NCBI GenBank assembly: GCA_011389985.1
Contig: JAABTH010000008.1
Coordinates: 43,581 to 107,580, forward strand
Reading direction: 5' to 3'
DNA from: Bacillota bacterium
GTDB taxonomy: Bacteria; Bacillota; Dethiobacteria; DTU022
Length of the DNA stretch: 64,000 nucleotides
A model generated the notes under the pieces. It made no database searches. It was not told the origin of the DNA and worked only from the letters and a program-made list of their open reading frames with translations. Within the stretch, counting starts at the first letter, position 1. Every line of letters begins with the position of its first letter. The position numbers and the translations under genes were made by a program. Positions 36,251 to 46,817 of this stretch are shown here, piece after piece.

Positions 36251-38247
36251 TTCAAGACCCCCAATGCTGCAATCTGCGGTAGAATCTGGCGATCACGGAA
36301 AGACTTCGGCTGAATTGAATCAGATAAGCAACCTGCTGAACATGAACCGCAGCCTTTGCAAAGAGCTTCATTAACCCGGGCCACCTCAACTTCATGGCCA
36401 AAACGGTTTATTTTCACGAGCTCAATAGCCGTGTAGGGGCAGATATTGACACAAAAACCGCAACCCCTGCAAGTGGCTTCATCAACCTCGGCAACCTGCG
36501 CACTAATCATCACCTTGCCCCTGGCCAGGGGTATCATCGCCGACGAAGCGGCTCCCTTGGCCTGAGCAACTGTATCAGGAATATCCTTAGGCCCCTGGCA
36601 GCATCCGGCCAGAAAAACGCCTTCTGTCGCAGTATCCACCGGCCGAAGTTTCGGGTGAGCTTCTAAAAAGAACCGATCCGGTGATTGGGACAACCTCAGT
36701 AAATCCATAATTTCGCGCATATCGGCACGCGGTTCAAGGCCGACACCCAGCACAACCAGATCAACTTCATCTTCAAGTGGCGTAGCTGTAAGAGTATCCT
36801 CTACCTTTACCACCAGTTTATTGCCACGTTTAAAAATTTCTGATGGATTACCCCTGATGTAGCGCACATTTTCACGGCGAACCCTATCGTAGAATTCTTC
36901 AAAACCCTTGCCAAAAGCTCTTACATCTATGTAGTAAACTCTGATATTGGCATCAGGAATTTTATCCCTGATCAGGTGAGCCTGTTTTGCCACATACATA
37001 CAGCAGACTCGCGAGCAGTATTCATTACCCACGCTGGCATCGCGTGAACCGACACACTTAATAAATGCAACTTCTTTCGGCTCGATTTCCTCTTCACCGT
37101 TAAAAACTTTCACTTTACCACCGGTAGGACCAGAAGCAGATACGAGTCTCTCCATCTCCATACCGGTAATGACATTTGGATAATCGTTATACCCATATTC
37201 CGGTTTTCTTGAAGCGTCAAAAGGATCAAAGCCGGTTGCAACAATAACCGCTCCAACTTTGAACTCGACAATTTCATCTTCCTGTTCGAAATTGATTGCT
37301 TCAGCTTTACACACTTCCTGGCATTTCGGTCCTTTGCCGCACTTGCCCCTGGTTAGATAAAGGCAGCTTTCCGGATCAATTGTGTACTTTGCCGGTACTG
37401 CCTGGGGAAAGGGAAGGTATATCGCCGAGCGTTTACCCATACCCTGGTCAAATTCACTGGGAAAGCGATCTTTAACCCGGCACTCGGCAGCGCAATCTCC
37501 ACAACCGGTACACTTATCAAAGTCCACATAACGCGCTTTTTTGCGCACCTTTACATCAAAGTTACCGATATAACCACCAATCTCTTCCACTTCAGAATAG
37601 CTCAATAACTCTATATTCGGATGACTGGCACAATCAACCATTTTTGGGGTCAAAATGCAGGCTGAGCAGTCAAGAGTGGGAAATGTTTTATCCAGCTGAG
37701 CCATCCGCCCGCCTACAGAAGGGGTTTTTTCGACAAGAAATACCTTAAAACCGGCATCGGCAATGTCGAGGGCAGCCTGAATACCGGCTATGCCGGCGCC
37801 AATAATCAAAGCAGCCGGCTCGGCATCTACCTCTTTTGATTCAAGAGCTTCCAGAAGTCTAACTTTGGCTACTGCCGAAGCAACCAGCTTTTTCGATTTT
37901 GCCGTGGCTTCTTCCATATCCTCATGAACCCATGAGCACTGCTCCCTTATGTTGGCCATCTCAAGATAATAAGGGTTCAGGCCAGCTTCCTGGATTGCTT
38001 TCCGGAAAGTCGGTTCATGCATACGGGGAGAACATGAGGCCACAATAATCCGGTTAAGGCCATGTTCTTTGATATCATTTTTAATCAGAACCTGCCCGGG
38101 ATCGGAACACATGTATGAATATGTGCGCGCCACTTCAACATTGGGCAGCTTCAGTGCATAATCCGCAACTGTTTCCACATCTACCGTTGCAGATATATTA
38201 ATTCCACAGTGGCAGACGTAGACACCCACTTTCGGTTTATCCGTCAT
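36247..38247 (-). CDS. hdrA: Heterodisulfide reductase subunit A (electron-bifurcating flavoprotein)
   Basis: GVYVCHCG, ASCSPRMHE, NIREQCSW, IGAGIAG, KTFPTLDCSAC, CVGSR, CSRVCCMYVAK, GPKDI and two ferredoxin domains. Start could be 38247 or 38259. Confidence 0.95.
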   Translation of the reverse strand: MTDKPKVGVYVCHCGINISATVDVETVADYALKLPNVEVARTYSYMCSDPGQVLIKNDIKEHGLNRIIVASCSPRMHEPTFRKAIQEAGLNPYYLEMANIREQCSWVHEDMEEATAKSKKLVASAVAKVRLLEALESKEVDAEPAALIIGAGIAGIQAALDIADAGFKVFLVEKTPSVGGRMAQLDKTFPTLDCSACILTPKMVDCASHPNIELLSYSEVEEIGGYIGNFDVKVRKKARYVDFDKCTGCGDCAAECRVKDRFPSEFDQGMGKRSAIYLPFPQAVPAKYTIDPESCLYLTRGKCGKGPKCQEVCKAEAINFEQEDEIVEFKVGAVIVATGFDPFDASRKPEYGYNDYPNVITGMEMERLVSASGPTGGKVKVFNGEEEIEPKEVAFIKCVGSRDASVGNEYCSRVCCMYVAKQAHLIRDKIPDANIRVYYIDVRAFGKGFEEFYDRVRRENVRYIRGNPSEIFKRGNKLVVKVEDTLTATPLEDEVDLVVLGVGLEPRADMREIMDLLRLSQSPDRFFLEAHPKLRPVDTATEGVFLAGCCQGPKDIPDTVAQAKGAASSAMIPLARGKVMISAQVAEVDEATCRGCGFCVNICPYTAIELVKINRFGHEVEVARVNEALCKGCGSCSAGCLSDSIQPKSFRDRQILPQIAALGVLK

Positions 38248-38290
38248 CTGGTTTTTCATCCTCCCGCAAAGATTGGCCTATTCTGATCTA

Positions 38291-39265
38291 TTAGCCTTTC
38301 AGCTCCTTAAGCTTTTCAATCAGTTTGGGCACAACCTTGAACATATCGTCAACGATAGCATAATCAGCCACGGTAAAGATCGGAGCCTCGGGGTCTTTAT
38401 TAATTGCCACTACAGTTTTGGCTCCTTTCATGCCGGCCACGTGCTGGAACGCTCCTGAAATACCCATAGCAATGTATAGTTTTGGCTTGACGGACTTACC
38501 CGATGTGCCTACCTGGCGGTCATGGGGAATCCATCCGGCATCGGTCGCTGCTCTTGAACCGGCTATATCGGCTCTTATTGCCTGAGCCAGTTCTTCAATT
38601 ATGGATAAATTTTTGTCTTCTTTAAGACCACGTCCTACGGCAACCAGGGTATCTGACTGGGTTATGTCAACATCGCCAACTTCAGCTTCGATATATTCCA
38701 CAAAACTTCGATAGGTTAGATCGTCCTTAAGTGGCGAATCGACTTTTTCAACTGCACCATCTGCAGCTGCATCCGGAGGTTCGACAACACCTTCACGAAT
38801 AGTAACCAGGTAGGTATCTGCCGGTTTAAAAGCAACCGTAGCATTAACCTTTCCTGAATATAGCTGCCGTGTAGCCTTGAGCGTGCCGTTGGCATATTCA
38901 AGTGAAATTGCTTCGGCAACCAGGGGCAGATTCTTTTCAACTGCCAGAGCCGGTATAAAATCGACCCCCTGAGCGGTCTGGCCGGTCATAACCACGGCCG
39001 GTTTAAGATCGTCGATAAGGGCTGATAATACTTTCTGATATTTTTCGGCATTAAAATTTTCAAAGAGGGGATCATCAACAACCAAAACTTTAGACCCATA
39101 AGCTGCCATTTTTTTGGCCAGATCATCCATTTTGCTGCCGACAAGCAGTACGGTTACTTCACAGCCCATATCTTCAGCAAGCTTAGGGGCTAGAGCCATC
39201 ATTTCATAGGAAATATCTCGTAAGGCACCCTGACGATGTTCAGCTAAAACGAGAATGTTACCCAT
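38291..39265 (-). CDS. etfA: Electron transfer flavoprotein alpha subunit
   Basis: [42 protein letters not shown] motifs. Confidence 0.95.
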   Translation of the reverse strand: MGNILVLAEHRQGALRDISYEMMALAPKLAEDMGCEVTVLLVGSKMDDLAKKMAAYGSKVLVVDDPLFENFNAEKYQKVLSALIDDLKPAVVMTGQTAQGVDFIPALAVEKNLPLVAEAISLEYANGTLKATRQLYSGKVNATVAFKPADTYLVTIREGVVEPPDAAADGAVEKVDSPLKDDLTYRSFVEYIEAEVGDVDITQSDTLVAVGRGLKEDKNLSIIEELAQAIRADIAGSRAATDAGWIPHDRQVGTSGKSVKPKLYIAMGISGAFQHVAGMKGAKTVVAINKDPEAPIFTVADYAIVDDMFKVVPKLIEKLKELKG

Positions 39266-40053
39266 TATACCAAGCCTCCTTTAACAAGGATTGAAGCCAG
39301 TTTTTCGGCTTTTTCCTCGGCTTCACCTTCAATAAATTCAGCAGAAGATTCAACCTCGGGGATATAAAGCTCCTCAAGAACAACCATGGAAGCATCAGAT
39401 CCGACTGAAGCAGGGTCAACACCAAGATCATCGAGGCTTACAACTTTAAGCTCCTTCTTCTGAGCCTGGCGAATTCCACGAATTGGAGCATAACGTGGCT
39501 CATTAATACCGGTTTGAATTGTCAATACTGCCGGCAATTCAAGCTCAACTACTTCTAAAAGGCCACCTTCAAGCTCGCGGTGCGCCCGTACTTTGCCATC
39601 AAGAACCTCTACTTTCTTAACCATAGAAGCATGATTTACACCCAATTCTTCAGCAAGGGCGACACCGGTCGACATATGACCGTCGTCACTGGCCATACAC
39701 CCCGTTAGCACCAGGTCGAACTCCTGTCCCTTGATTGCAGCGGCGAGCGCCTTTGCCACCATAAGGGGATCATGGCCGGCAATACGATCATCTTCAATAC
39801 GAACTGCCTGATCGCAACCTTTGGCCATTGCCATGCGAATCATAACATCAGACTTTTTCGGTCCAATCGAAACAACAGTGACATCGCCTTCCTTTGCTTC
39901 CTTGATCAAAACCGACTCTTCCACGGCATAATTGTCAGCATCATTAATATCGAAGGAAAAACGACTGCTGTCAACTGTGACACCATCAGGATTGACCTTA
40001 ACTTCTGCTTCAGAAGTATCAGGCACATACTTGATACAAACAAACATTTTCAT
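39265..40053 (-). CDS. etfB: Electron transfer flavoprotein beta subunit
   Basis: VCIKYVPD, DNYAVEE, NEPRY motifs. Start set to ATG 40053. Confidence 0.94.
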   Translation of the reverse strand: MKMFVCIKYVPDTSEAEVKVNPDGVTVDSSRFSFDINDADNYAVEESVLIKEAKEGDVTVVSIGPKKSDVMIRMAMAKGCDQAVRIEDDRIAGHDPLMVAKALAAAIKGQEFDLVLTGCMASDDGHMSTGVALAEELGVNHASMVKKVEVLDGKVRAHRELEGGLLEVVELELPAVLTIQTGINEPRYAPIRGIRQAQKKELKVVSLDDLGVDPASVGSDASMVVLEELYIPEVESSAEFIEGEAEEKAEKLASILVKGGLV

Positions 40054-40089
40054 AATTCTTTCCACCTCCTACCAGGATTAAGGCTTAAT

Positions 40090-41226
40090 TTAAGCTTCAA
40101 CAAATTCACCCAGAAGCTCCATGATTTCGGCAACACGCATTTCTTCCTCATAACCAAGGCTTTTCATGGCATCTTCGAGAGTTAATACACAGAAGGGACA
40201 GGCCACAGCAACAATATCAGCCTCAAGGGCTTTAGCATCCTTGATCCGCGTTTCGGCCAACCGTTCCTTCTTAGATTCAGATTCAACCCACATTTTGCCT
40301 CCTCCGCCTTCACAGCAGAGACTGCGCTCGCGACTGCGTTCAAACTCAACCATTTTAACACCTGGTATATTCTTCAGCAAAGTCCGCGGCTCGTCATAAA
40401 CATTACTCTGTTTGCCCAGGTAACATGGATCATGATATACAATCGTTTTCTGAAGATCGCCTTTCCAGTTCAACTTTCCTTCTTCAAGCAGTTCTACAAG
40501 CAGTTGGGTGTAATGAATCACCTCTGCCTTTAAATCAGGATAACGAGTTTTATAGGTGGTAAAACAGTGAGGCGAAAGGCAAACTAAACGTTTGGCTGTA
40601 TATTCATTTAGAAGTTCAGTGTTATCTTCAACAAGCATTTCAAACAGACCCTCTTCGCCAAGGGTGAAAACTTCACTGCCGCAGCAGGTTTCACTTTCAT
40701 CGAGAAAAGCGTAATCGACCCCGGACTTGTTTAAAAGACCAACTATATTCCTGGCAATTGATTTCACCCTGGGGTCATAAGCTATGGTGCAGCATACGAA
40801 AAAGAGATTTTCTACAGGTACCCCGGGTTCAGCTATCTTAACATCAAGACCTTCCATCCAGTCACTTCTGGCAGCTCTCGATTTTTCCCAGGGATTACCC
40901 TCAAGAAGAACACTCTGCAGGGCGTCACGCACAGTCGGCTCGACTTTTCCGCTCTCAATAATCATTGTTCGAAGTCCAAGCAAAACCTCCAGAGGTTTTA
41001 AGCCTTTCGGACAACGGACGGCACAAGTATGACAAGCTGTACAATCCCAAATCTCGGCCAGCCTGGCCAGTTCATCTAGCTTCTCTTCATAATAGGCATC
41101 ATATACAAAACGGCGCACGTTCAGGTCGGCCCTAACAGTAACCGGGCACCCACCAGTACAGCGGCCGCATTGGATACAACCCAGCAGATCGTATTTTTCG
41201 GTGAATGTCTGGCTTTCGGTACTCAT
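40090..41226 (-). CDS. Soluble HdrD-like/DUF224 Fe-S oxidoreductase (two 4Fe-4S motifs plus two CCG domains)
   Basis: CIQCGRCTGGCP, CTACHTCAVRCP, GNPW, ETCCG..SPHC, YHDPCYLG..CCEGGG..ACPFC; no TM segments. Confidence 0.88.
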   Translation of the reverse strand: MSTESQTFTEKYDLLGCIQCGRCTGGCPVTVRADLNVRRFVYDAYYEEKLDELARLAEIWDCTACHTCAVRCPKGLKPLEVLLGLRTMIIESGKVEPTVRDALQSVLLEGNPWEKSRAARSDWMEGLDVKIAEPGVPVENLFFVCCTIAYDPRVKSIARNIVGLLNKSGVDYAFLDESETCCGSEVFTLGEEGLFEMLVEDNTELLNEYTAKRLVCLSPHCFTTYKTRYPDLKAEVIHYTQLLVELLEEGKLNWKGDLQKTIVYHDPCYLGKQSNVYDEPRTLLKNIPGVKMVEFERSRERSLCCEGGGGKMWVESESKKERLAETRIKDAKALEADIVAVACPFCVLTLEDAMKSLGYEEEMRVAEIMELLGEFVEA

Positions 41227-41393
41227 TAGCATACCCCGCATCATTAAGTAATTGTTTTGCTGCCCTTCTGCCGGTTGTTAACATTTTGTTTGCCGGATCA
41301 AGGGAACATGCTTTTGGGTTCTTTTAGCCCCACCTCCTATTTTTTATAATGAATTGTAAGACAATTTCAATAAAAGCAGGTTATATTAGAGGA

Positions 41394-41419
41394 TTTCGAC
41401 ATTTTCTTCAATATATCCT
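41394..41419 (-). promoter_or_regulatory. Putative sigma-H promoter of the etf-hdr-flx operon
   Basis: GCAGGA-18 nt-GAAA (GTCGAAAT). Confidence 0.5.
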
Positions 41420-41521
41420 GCTTCTTATTTTTAAATTCTTAAATATTTTCCATGAACAACTATTGACCCTGTTAAGCGATTAATTGTCCGCTTTTAATAT
41501 ACAATTTTGGCATCCAAATAA

Positions 41522-42574
41522 TTATAAAATAACAATATTAGCCGAAGGCGCGGCATCTGTAATAGAGCCGATAATGCTGCCGGTACATCCACGCCGCTCA
41601 AGTGCATTCAGGTATTGTTCGCCTTTTTCCTCAGGAATGGCAACAAGCAGGCCTCCCGAGGTCTGAGGGTCTGCCAGGATAATCATTGCATCGTCTTTTT
41701 CTTCCGGTATGCCCTGCCAATCAAGATGCGGGCGCATGTAATCAAGATTGCGATAGGCGCCACCCGGGATCATTCCCATGGCGGCCATTTCTTTAACTGC
41801 CGGGTATAGAAAGACTTTTTTATGCTCAATTTCGGCGCTTACACCACTCGACAAAAGCATCTCGTAGAGGTGCCCGAGCAGACTGAAACCGGTTATATCA
41901 GTACATGAGGATACGCCAACCTCGAGCATCACCTCTGACGCAGACGAGTTTAAAGTAGCCATGCCGCTGATAACGTCCTCAGCATCCTTTTCTGTGATCA
42001 TATCCCCTTTTATAGCTGTGGCAATAATGCCTGTACCCAGCGGTTTTGTCAGAATCAGTATGTCTCCGGGTTTAGCATTGCTGCCTGTTACAAGCTTCTT
42101 TATCTCAACCAGGCCTGTTACGGACAAACCATACTTAGGTTCATTATCCTCAATACTGTGTCCGCCAACTATAACAGCTCCCGCTTCAATAACCTTGTCG
42201 TAACCGCCACGTAGTATGGCTTCCATTATTTCAAGCGGCTGACAATTTACCGGAAAGCAAATGATATTCAGTGCCGTAAGCGGTTTCGCCCCCATGGCAT
42301 AGACATCACTAAGGGCATTGGCTGCCGCTATCTGGCCAAAAGTATAGGGATCATCTACTATTGGTGTGAAAAAATCAATGGTCTGCACCAGGGCATGGGT
42401 TTCAGATATACGGTAAACACCAGCGTCAGAAAAATGCTGGTTCCGGTTTAGATAGTTTGGATCATCAAATTGCGGCAGTTTGCGCAGAACCTGCGCCAGG
42501 GCTTCAGGCCCAATTTTTGCCGCTCAGCCGGCACTGGCTGTCATCGTGGTCAGACGTATCTCTTCGCGACTCAC
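41522..42574 (-). CDS. selD: Selenide, water dikinase; selenoprotein (UGA at 42526-42524 read as Sec)
   Basis: GTG 42574 after AGGAGGTG gives MSREEIRLTTMTASAG-U-AAKIGP, in frame with QTIDFFTPIVDDP, NALSDVYAMG, GGHS, TDITGF, DPQTSGGLL. Confidence 0.94.
42499..42526 (-). promoter_or_regulatory. Putative bacterial SECIS element in selD
   Basis: TGA followed 12 nt later by the hairpin GGGC-CTGAA-GCCC. Confidence 0.6.
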
Positions 42575-42601
42575 TCCTAACACCTCCTACATATTGGCAC
42601 A

Positions 42602-44515
42602 TTATAGTTTCAGTTTATGAGGAACACGGTAGTCTTCAACACGGCGGGTAAATTTGGTCTGGTCAAAATGCTCCAGCAGTGCCTGGGCAAATTTGCGTGA
42701 ACTACCAGTTATATCCCTGAATTCAGCCAGGGTCAGTTTATCATTTTCGCTAAAATGCGCTTTAAGAAATTTGAGCGCTTCTTCATATGCTTCTTTGTGA
42801 AAATAGAGTTCTTCACTTACTTTTACCAGTATACCGCTGCTTTGAAGATAATTGTATAGTTCATCTTTACGGGCAGACGGAGCGCCGGCCTTTTCAATTG
42901 TTTCTTTTCCCGAAGGTGGCTGCAGTTGGCCGGAATGATATGCCCGTTCAATCGCATCAAGTATTTTTTGATCGCCCTCCGATGGTTGTGGTTCAAATCC
43001 GTAAAGGGCGAGGAGATTGCTTTTCATAGTTATTTTTTCTTGGGCCTGCATGTCTTCAAGTAAAGCATCATAGTCACGCTGGCTGAAGGCTGCCGGTAAA
43101 AATCCTTTTAACCGGGCCCGTGATACACCGGGCGCCAAGGGGTTTTTTTTATGGTATTTTTCCAACTCAGCTTGGATCTTGTTCTCATACTGATCAAGCA
43201 GTTCAGTTAGAAGAAAGGAATTTCCCAGTTTATGAATAATACCGCGTCCGGATAAGTCTTTCAGGACACTCTCTACTGTGGCAAGATCCAGACGGGTTTC
43301 TTTTGCAAGTTTCAGGCTGTCGGCAGCAATAAGTTCCTCTAATTTGCGGCGGATAAACGCTGAATCACCGCCTGCTGTGGGAGCCTGTTTTAATTCTTCC
43401 AGCCTTTCTATTACTTCTGAACGAAAACGTCGATGCTTAATTGGATATGGGTCTAACACCCTGCCTCCGCCAATAGTGGTCATCGGTGAATAAGAACGTA
43501 TAACAAAGGGATCACCACGCTCGGCAACCAGGGGTCGATCAAGACGACACTGAACGAGAGCGTTTTCACCAGGACGAAACTCATCCCGATCAAGCAAAAG
43601 CAGCTTTGCCACGCATCTTGCAGTGCCGAGAAAGAAATGAACAGGGTCAAGATTTTTCAACTGCCGTTTAGCCCGCGGCAGCAGTTCTACCAAAACATCC
43701 AACAGATCGGTCTGACGATAGTAACCCGGAGCGCTGATCACACTTCCCCTTAAGACTTCGTCTTTTTCAAGACCAGACAGGTTAAGAGCAACCCTGGAAC
43801 CGGCCACAGCTTCATCTACATCAGAATCGTGGACTTGAATGTTTCTAACCCGCGCCTCAAGCCCCGGAGGCACAACTGCAACTGTTTGCCCCACACGCAC
43901 AGATCCCTGAATTAAGGTTCCGGTTACAACAGTACCAAAACCGGAGATAATAAATGAGCGGTCAACCGGCAGTCTCAGTGGTCCTGATATGCTCCGGGTA
44001 TTCAACACTTCGGTCATCTCGTCAATCAATTTTTTTAACTCTTCAATCCCCTCGCCTTTAAGCGCTGAAACTGAAACAATGGGCGCATTTTCAAGAAACG
44101 TACTTTTAAGCTCATCTTTTATTTCTTCACTGACCAGCTCACGCCATTCTTCCTCAACCAGGTCAATCTTGGTAATAACCACAATACCTTTCTGAACCCC
44201 TAAGATCTCCAAAATATCAAGATGCTCCCTGGTCTGGGGCATGATGCCTTCGGAAGCATCGACAACAAGCATGACCAGGTCCATTCCGGCGGCTCCGGCC
44301 AGCATGTTGTGAATGAAACGTTCGTGACCGGGCACATCGACGATGCCGGCCAGTCGACCGCCAGGCAATCTAAAAGGAGCGAACCCAAGATCAATTGAAA
44401 TACCGCGCTCTTTTTCTTCCTGCAGTCGATCAGTATCAACTCCTGTCAGCGCTTTGATCAGGACTGTTTTACCGTGATCAACGTGACCGGCTGTGCCTAT
44501 GATCAGTTGTTCCAA
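42602..44515 (-). CDS. selB: Selenocysteine-specific translation elongation factor
   Basis: [31 protein letters not shown] and C-terminal winged helix ([13 protein letters not shown]). Confidence 0.97.
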   Translation of the reverse strand: MEQLIIGTAGHVDHGKTVLIKALTGVDTDRLQEEKERGISIDLGFAPFRLPGGRLAGIVDVPGHERFIHNMLAGAAGMDLVMLVVDASEGIMPQTREHLDILEILGVQKGIVVITKIDLVEEEWRELVSEEIKDELKSTFLENAPIVSVSALKGEGIEELKKLIDEMTEVLNTRSISGPLRLPVDRSFIISGFGTVVTGTLIQGSVRVGQTVAVVPPGLEARVRNIQVHDSDVDEAVAGSRVALNLSGLEKDEVLRGSVISAPGYYRQTDLLDVLVELLPRAKRQLKNLDPVHFFLGTARCVAKLLLLDRDEFRPGENALVQCRLDRPLVAERGDPFVIRSYSPMTTIGGGRVLDPYPIKHRRFRSEVIERLEELKQAPTAGGDSAFIRRKLEELIAADSLKLAKETRLDLATVESVLKDLSGRGIIHKLGNSFLLTELLDQYENKIQAELEKYHKKNPLAPGVSRARLKGFLPAAFSQRDYDALLEDMQAQEKITMKSNLLALYGFEPQPSEGDQKILDAIERAYHSGQLQPPSGKETIEKAGAPSARKDELYNYLQSSGILVKVSEELYFHKEAYEEALKFLKAHFSENDKLTLAEFRDITGSSRKFAQALLEHFDQTKFTRRVEDYRVPHKLKL

Positions 44516-44589
44516 TTATGCTGTATACCTCCCCTCAAAAAAGCTTAAGCATCTGTAATCAACATCCAAGATCTCCCGGGCAGTATCGA

Positions 44590-46023
44590 TTATTCGTTTC
44601 GAAAGTAATTTGTGCAAAAGAGGACAGTCTCGATTAAACGATCTTCCTGATTTTCAAATATTGTCCGGGGATCAAAGAGCAAACAGTTCTGCTGCAGGCG
44701 TAAGATTATTGGTGGATTACCATTTCGCAATTTTTCTGTAAAAGTTTCCGGAGGACCGAATGATGCATCAAGCGCCACCGAAACAATCGAAGTCGGCAGT
44801 TCTGCATTTGGCAGGGCGCCCCCGCCTACTCTTGATATACCGGGAATTACTTTTACATTATCGGCACCAAATATTGCAGAAAATCTTGAAGCAAGGTTTT
44901 CTGCTCTATTCTTAAGGTAGCCGGCGTCAGCAGTAAGCATCCGCCAGACCGGTATCTCACTTATCGCTTTATCTTCATCGTAATAAAGTCGCAGGGTGGC
45001 TTCCAGGGCTGCAACTGTAAACTTATCGATACGCAGCGTGCGTGCGAGCTGATTAGTGCGGATATACCGGATTAAATCTTTACGGCCAACAATAATACCA
45101 GCCTGAGGCCCACCAAGCATTTTATCTCCGCTGAAAGTAATAAGATCAGCCCCTGCTGAGATGCTGTCCTGTACTTTAGGTTCGAATGGAAGTTTATATT
45201 TTTCGAGGTCGAGCAAAACTCCGCTGCCCAAATCTTCAATCATCACCAGATTATGCTTATGAGCAAGATCTGCCAGTTCTTCAGTTTCTACTTCGGCTGT
45301 AAAACCAACCATTTGATAATTGCTGGTATGAACTTTGAGAAAGGCAGCACTATTTTCAGTAACAGCCGATTCATAGTCGCGCAAATAAGTTTTATTGGTT
45401 GTTCCAACCTCAATCAGGCGGGCTCCGCTGGCAGCCATAATTTCGGGAATTCGAAAAGATCCACCGATTTCAACCAGCTGCCCGCGGGAAACAACTACAT
45501 CACGCCCTGCAGCAAGTTCATTCAGGGCAAGAAAAACTGCAGCGGCATTATTATTAAGGACTATTGCCGCTTCAGAGCCTGTTAATTCACAAATTATATC
45601 TTCAAGATGATCCTGTCTTGAACCTCTCCTGCCATTTTGAAGGTTAAATTCAAGATTGTTATAGTTTCCGGCAACTGCTTTTAAAGCTTCAATAGCGGCT
45701 GAAGGAAGGGGCGCACGCCCCAAGTTGGTGTGTATTACAACACCTGTGGCATTAATAAGCGGTTTAATGTTCATAGCAGCTTTTTTATCAGCAAGCATTG
45801 CCGCTTCACGGGCAAGGCTTTCGGGTTTAAGACTAAGTTTGTCAAGAGCGGATTGATCGGCTCGGTGTTCGCTAATATATTGTCTATATGAATCGATTAT
45901 TTCCTGGACAGCTTGAACAACCAGGCTACGGGGCAGGGGTTTCGACACTTCCTCAATCGCAGGTTCACGCAACAGGCGATCGACAGCAGGCAGTTCACGT
46001 AAAAGAGAAGTATAGTCTGCCAC
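44590..46023 (-). CDS. selA: L-seryl-tRNA(Sec) selenium transferase
   Basis: INATGVVIHTNLGRA, NNNAAA, EIGGSFRIP, EVGTTNKT, FSGDKMLGGPQAG motifs. Confidence 0.97.
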   Translation of the reverse strand: MADYTSLLRELPAVDRLLREPAIEEVSKPLPRSLVVQAVQEIIDSYRQYISEHRADQSALDKLSLKPESLAREAAMLADKKAAMNIKPLINATGVVIHTNLGRAPLPSAAIEALKAVAGNYNNLEFNLQNGRRGSRQDHLEDIICELTGSEAAIVLNNNAAAVFLALNELAAGRDVVVSRGQLVEIGGSFRIPEIMAASGARLIEVGTTNKTYLRDYESAVTENSAAFLKVHTSNYQMVGFTAEVETEELADLAHKHNLVMIEDLGSGVLLDLEKYKLPFEPKVQDSISAGADLITFSGDKMLGGPQAGIIVGRKDLIRYIRTNQLARTLRIDKFTVAALEATLRLYYDEDKAISEIPVWRMLTADAGYLKNRAENLASRFSAIFGADNVKVIPGISRVGGGALPNAELPTSIVSVALDASFGPPETFTEKLRNGNPPIILRLQQNCLLFDPRTIFENQEDRLIETVLFCTNYFRNE

Positions 46024-46069
46024 TTAAAACCCTCATTTCTGTTGGTTTAAAAACAGTTCAACCAAACTT

Positions 46070-46099
46070 ATTATAACAACTTAGCAAACTTTGTTGCAA
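46070..46099 (-). promoter_or_regulatory. Sigma-A promoter of the sel operon
   Basis: TTGCAA-18 nt-TATAAT with extended -10 TG. Confidence 0.55.
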
Positions 46100-46156
46100 A
46101 TACCAACGGTAACTTTAGTCTACAGCAGTAACTTTTCACTATGGCATTAAGCTTAA

Positions 46157-46720
46157 TTATTTTTTATCTTTCTGAGTATAGCCGATATTTAAATCAAGCG
46201 GTGTAACTGCCAGGTAACTACCCGCGCAAAATCCAAGTAATTTACCCTTGGAAAAATCAATTTTACCCTTATGATCAAGAATTTCTTCAACAACATAAGA
46301 AGAGATAACCTCTCCAAGAAAAACTGTATGGCTCTCCAGTTCAAAGGTTTGTTTCACTTTGCACTCCATACTTATCGGACACTCTTCAATCATCGGTGCC
46401 TTGTCAAGTAATCCTTTTAGAGGACTAAGGCCAAAACGGGTGAACTTATTAATATCTTTTCCGCTTAATGTGCCACAGAAATCAACAATTTCAACCTGGT
46501 CAACCGATGGTATATTAACGGTAAATTCACCGCTTTCTTTAATTATATTGAACGAGTGACGATTCGGGCGGACAGCGGCCGATATCATCGGAGGGTTTGA
46601 ATTAACCACACCGACCCAGGCCAGGGTAATGATATTTTCTTCATTTCCGTTGCCACATCCGATCAGAGCTGCCGGTATGGGGCCAAGCAATAGTTGGGTT
46701 GGTTGTTTCTTCTTAAGCAT
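46157..46720 (-). CDS. Flavin reductase family protein (DIM6/NTAB, flavoredoxin-like)
   Basis: NIITLAW, PPMIS, GEFTVNIP, CGTLSG, APMIEECP, HTVFLGEV motifs. Confidence 0.88.
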   Translation of the reverse strand: MLKKKQPTQLLLGPIPAALIGCGNGNEENIITLAWVGVVNSNPPMISAAVRPNRHSFNIIKESGEFTVNIPSVDQVEIVDFCGTLSGKDINKFTRFGLSPLKGLLDKAPMIEECPISMECKVKQTFELESHTVFLGEVISSYVVEEILDHKGKIDFSKGKLLGFCAGSYLAVTPLDLNIGYTQKDKK

Positions 46721-46817
46721 CAGTGTAATCCTCCTTTAATGTTAATCTGCATAAGCGGTTAGAACTGTTAAACATAACCTGAAAAGATCATGACAAGCTT
46801 AACCAAAGGTATTGCAA

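Noticed and set aside
32953-41226. Possible Sec recoding in HdrA, MvhD or the CCG protein, given the adjacent sel genes
   Set aside because: All ORFs are uninterrupted with Cys at the motif positions; the terminal TGAs overlap the next gene's ATG.
41245-41345. Orphan SD (AGGAGGTG at 41331-41338) and a Rex-like half site TTGTTAA in the etf-hdr leader
   Set aside because: No start codon at a proper spacing after the SD, and the second Rex half-site is missing.
42594-42612. TTGGCAC as a sigma54 -24 box
   Set aside because: It is on the wrong strand for selD and has no TTGC -12 element.
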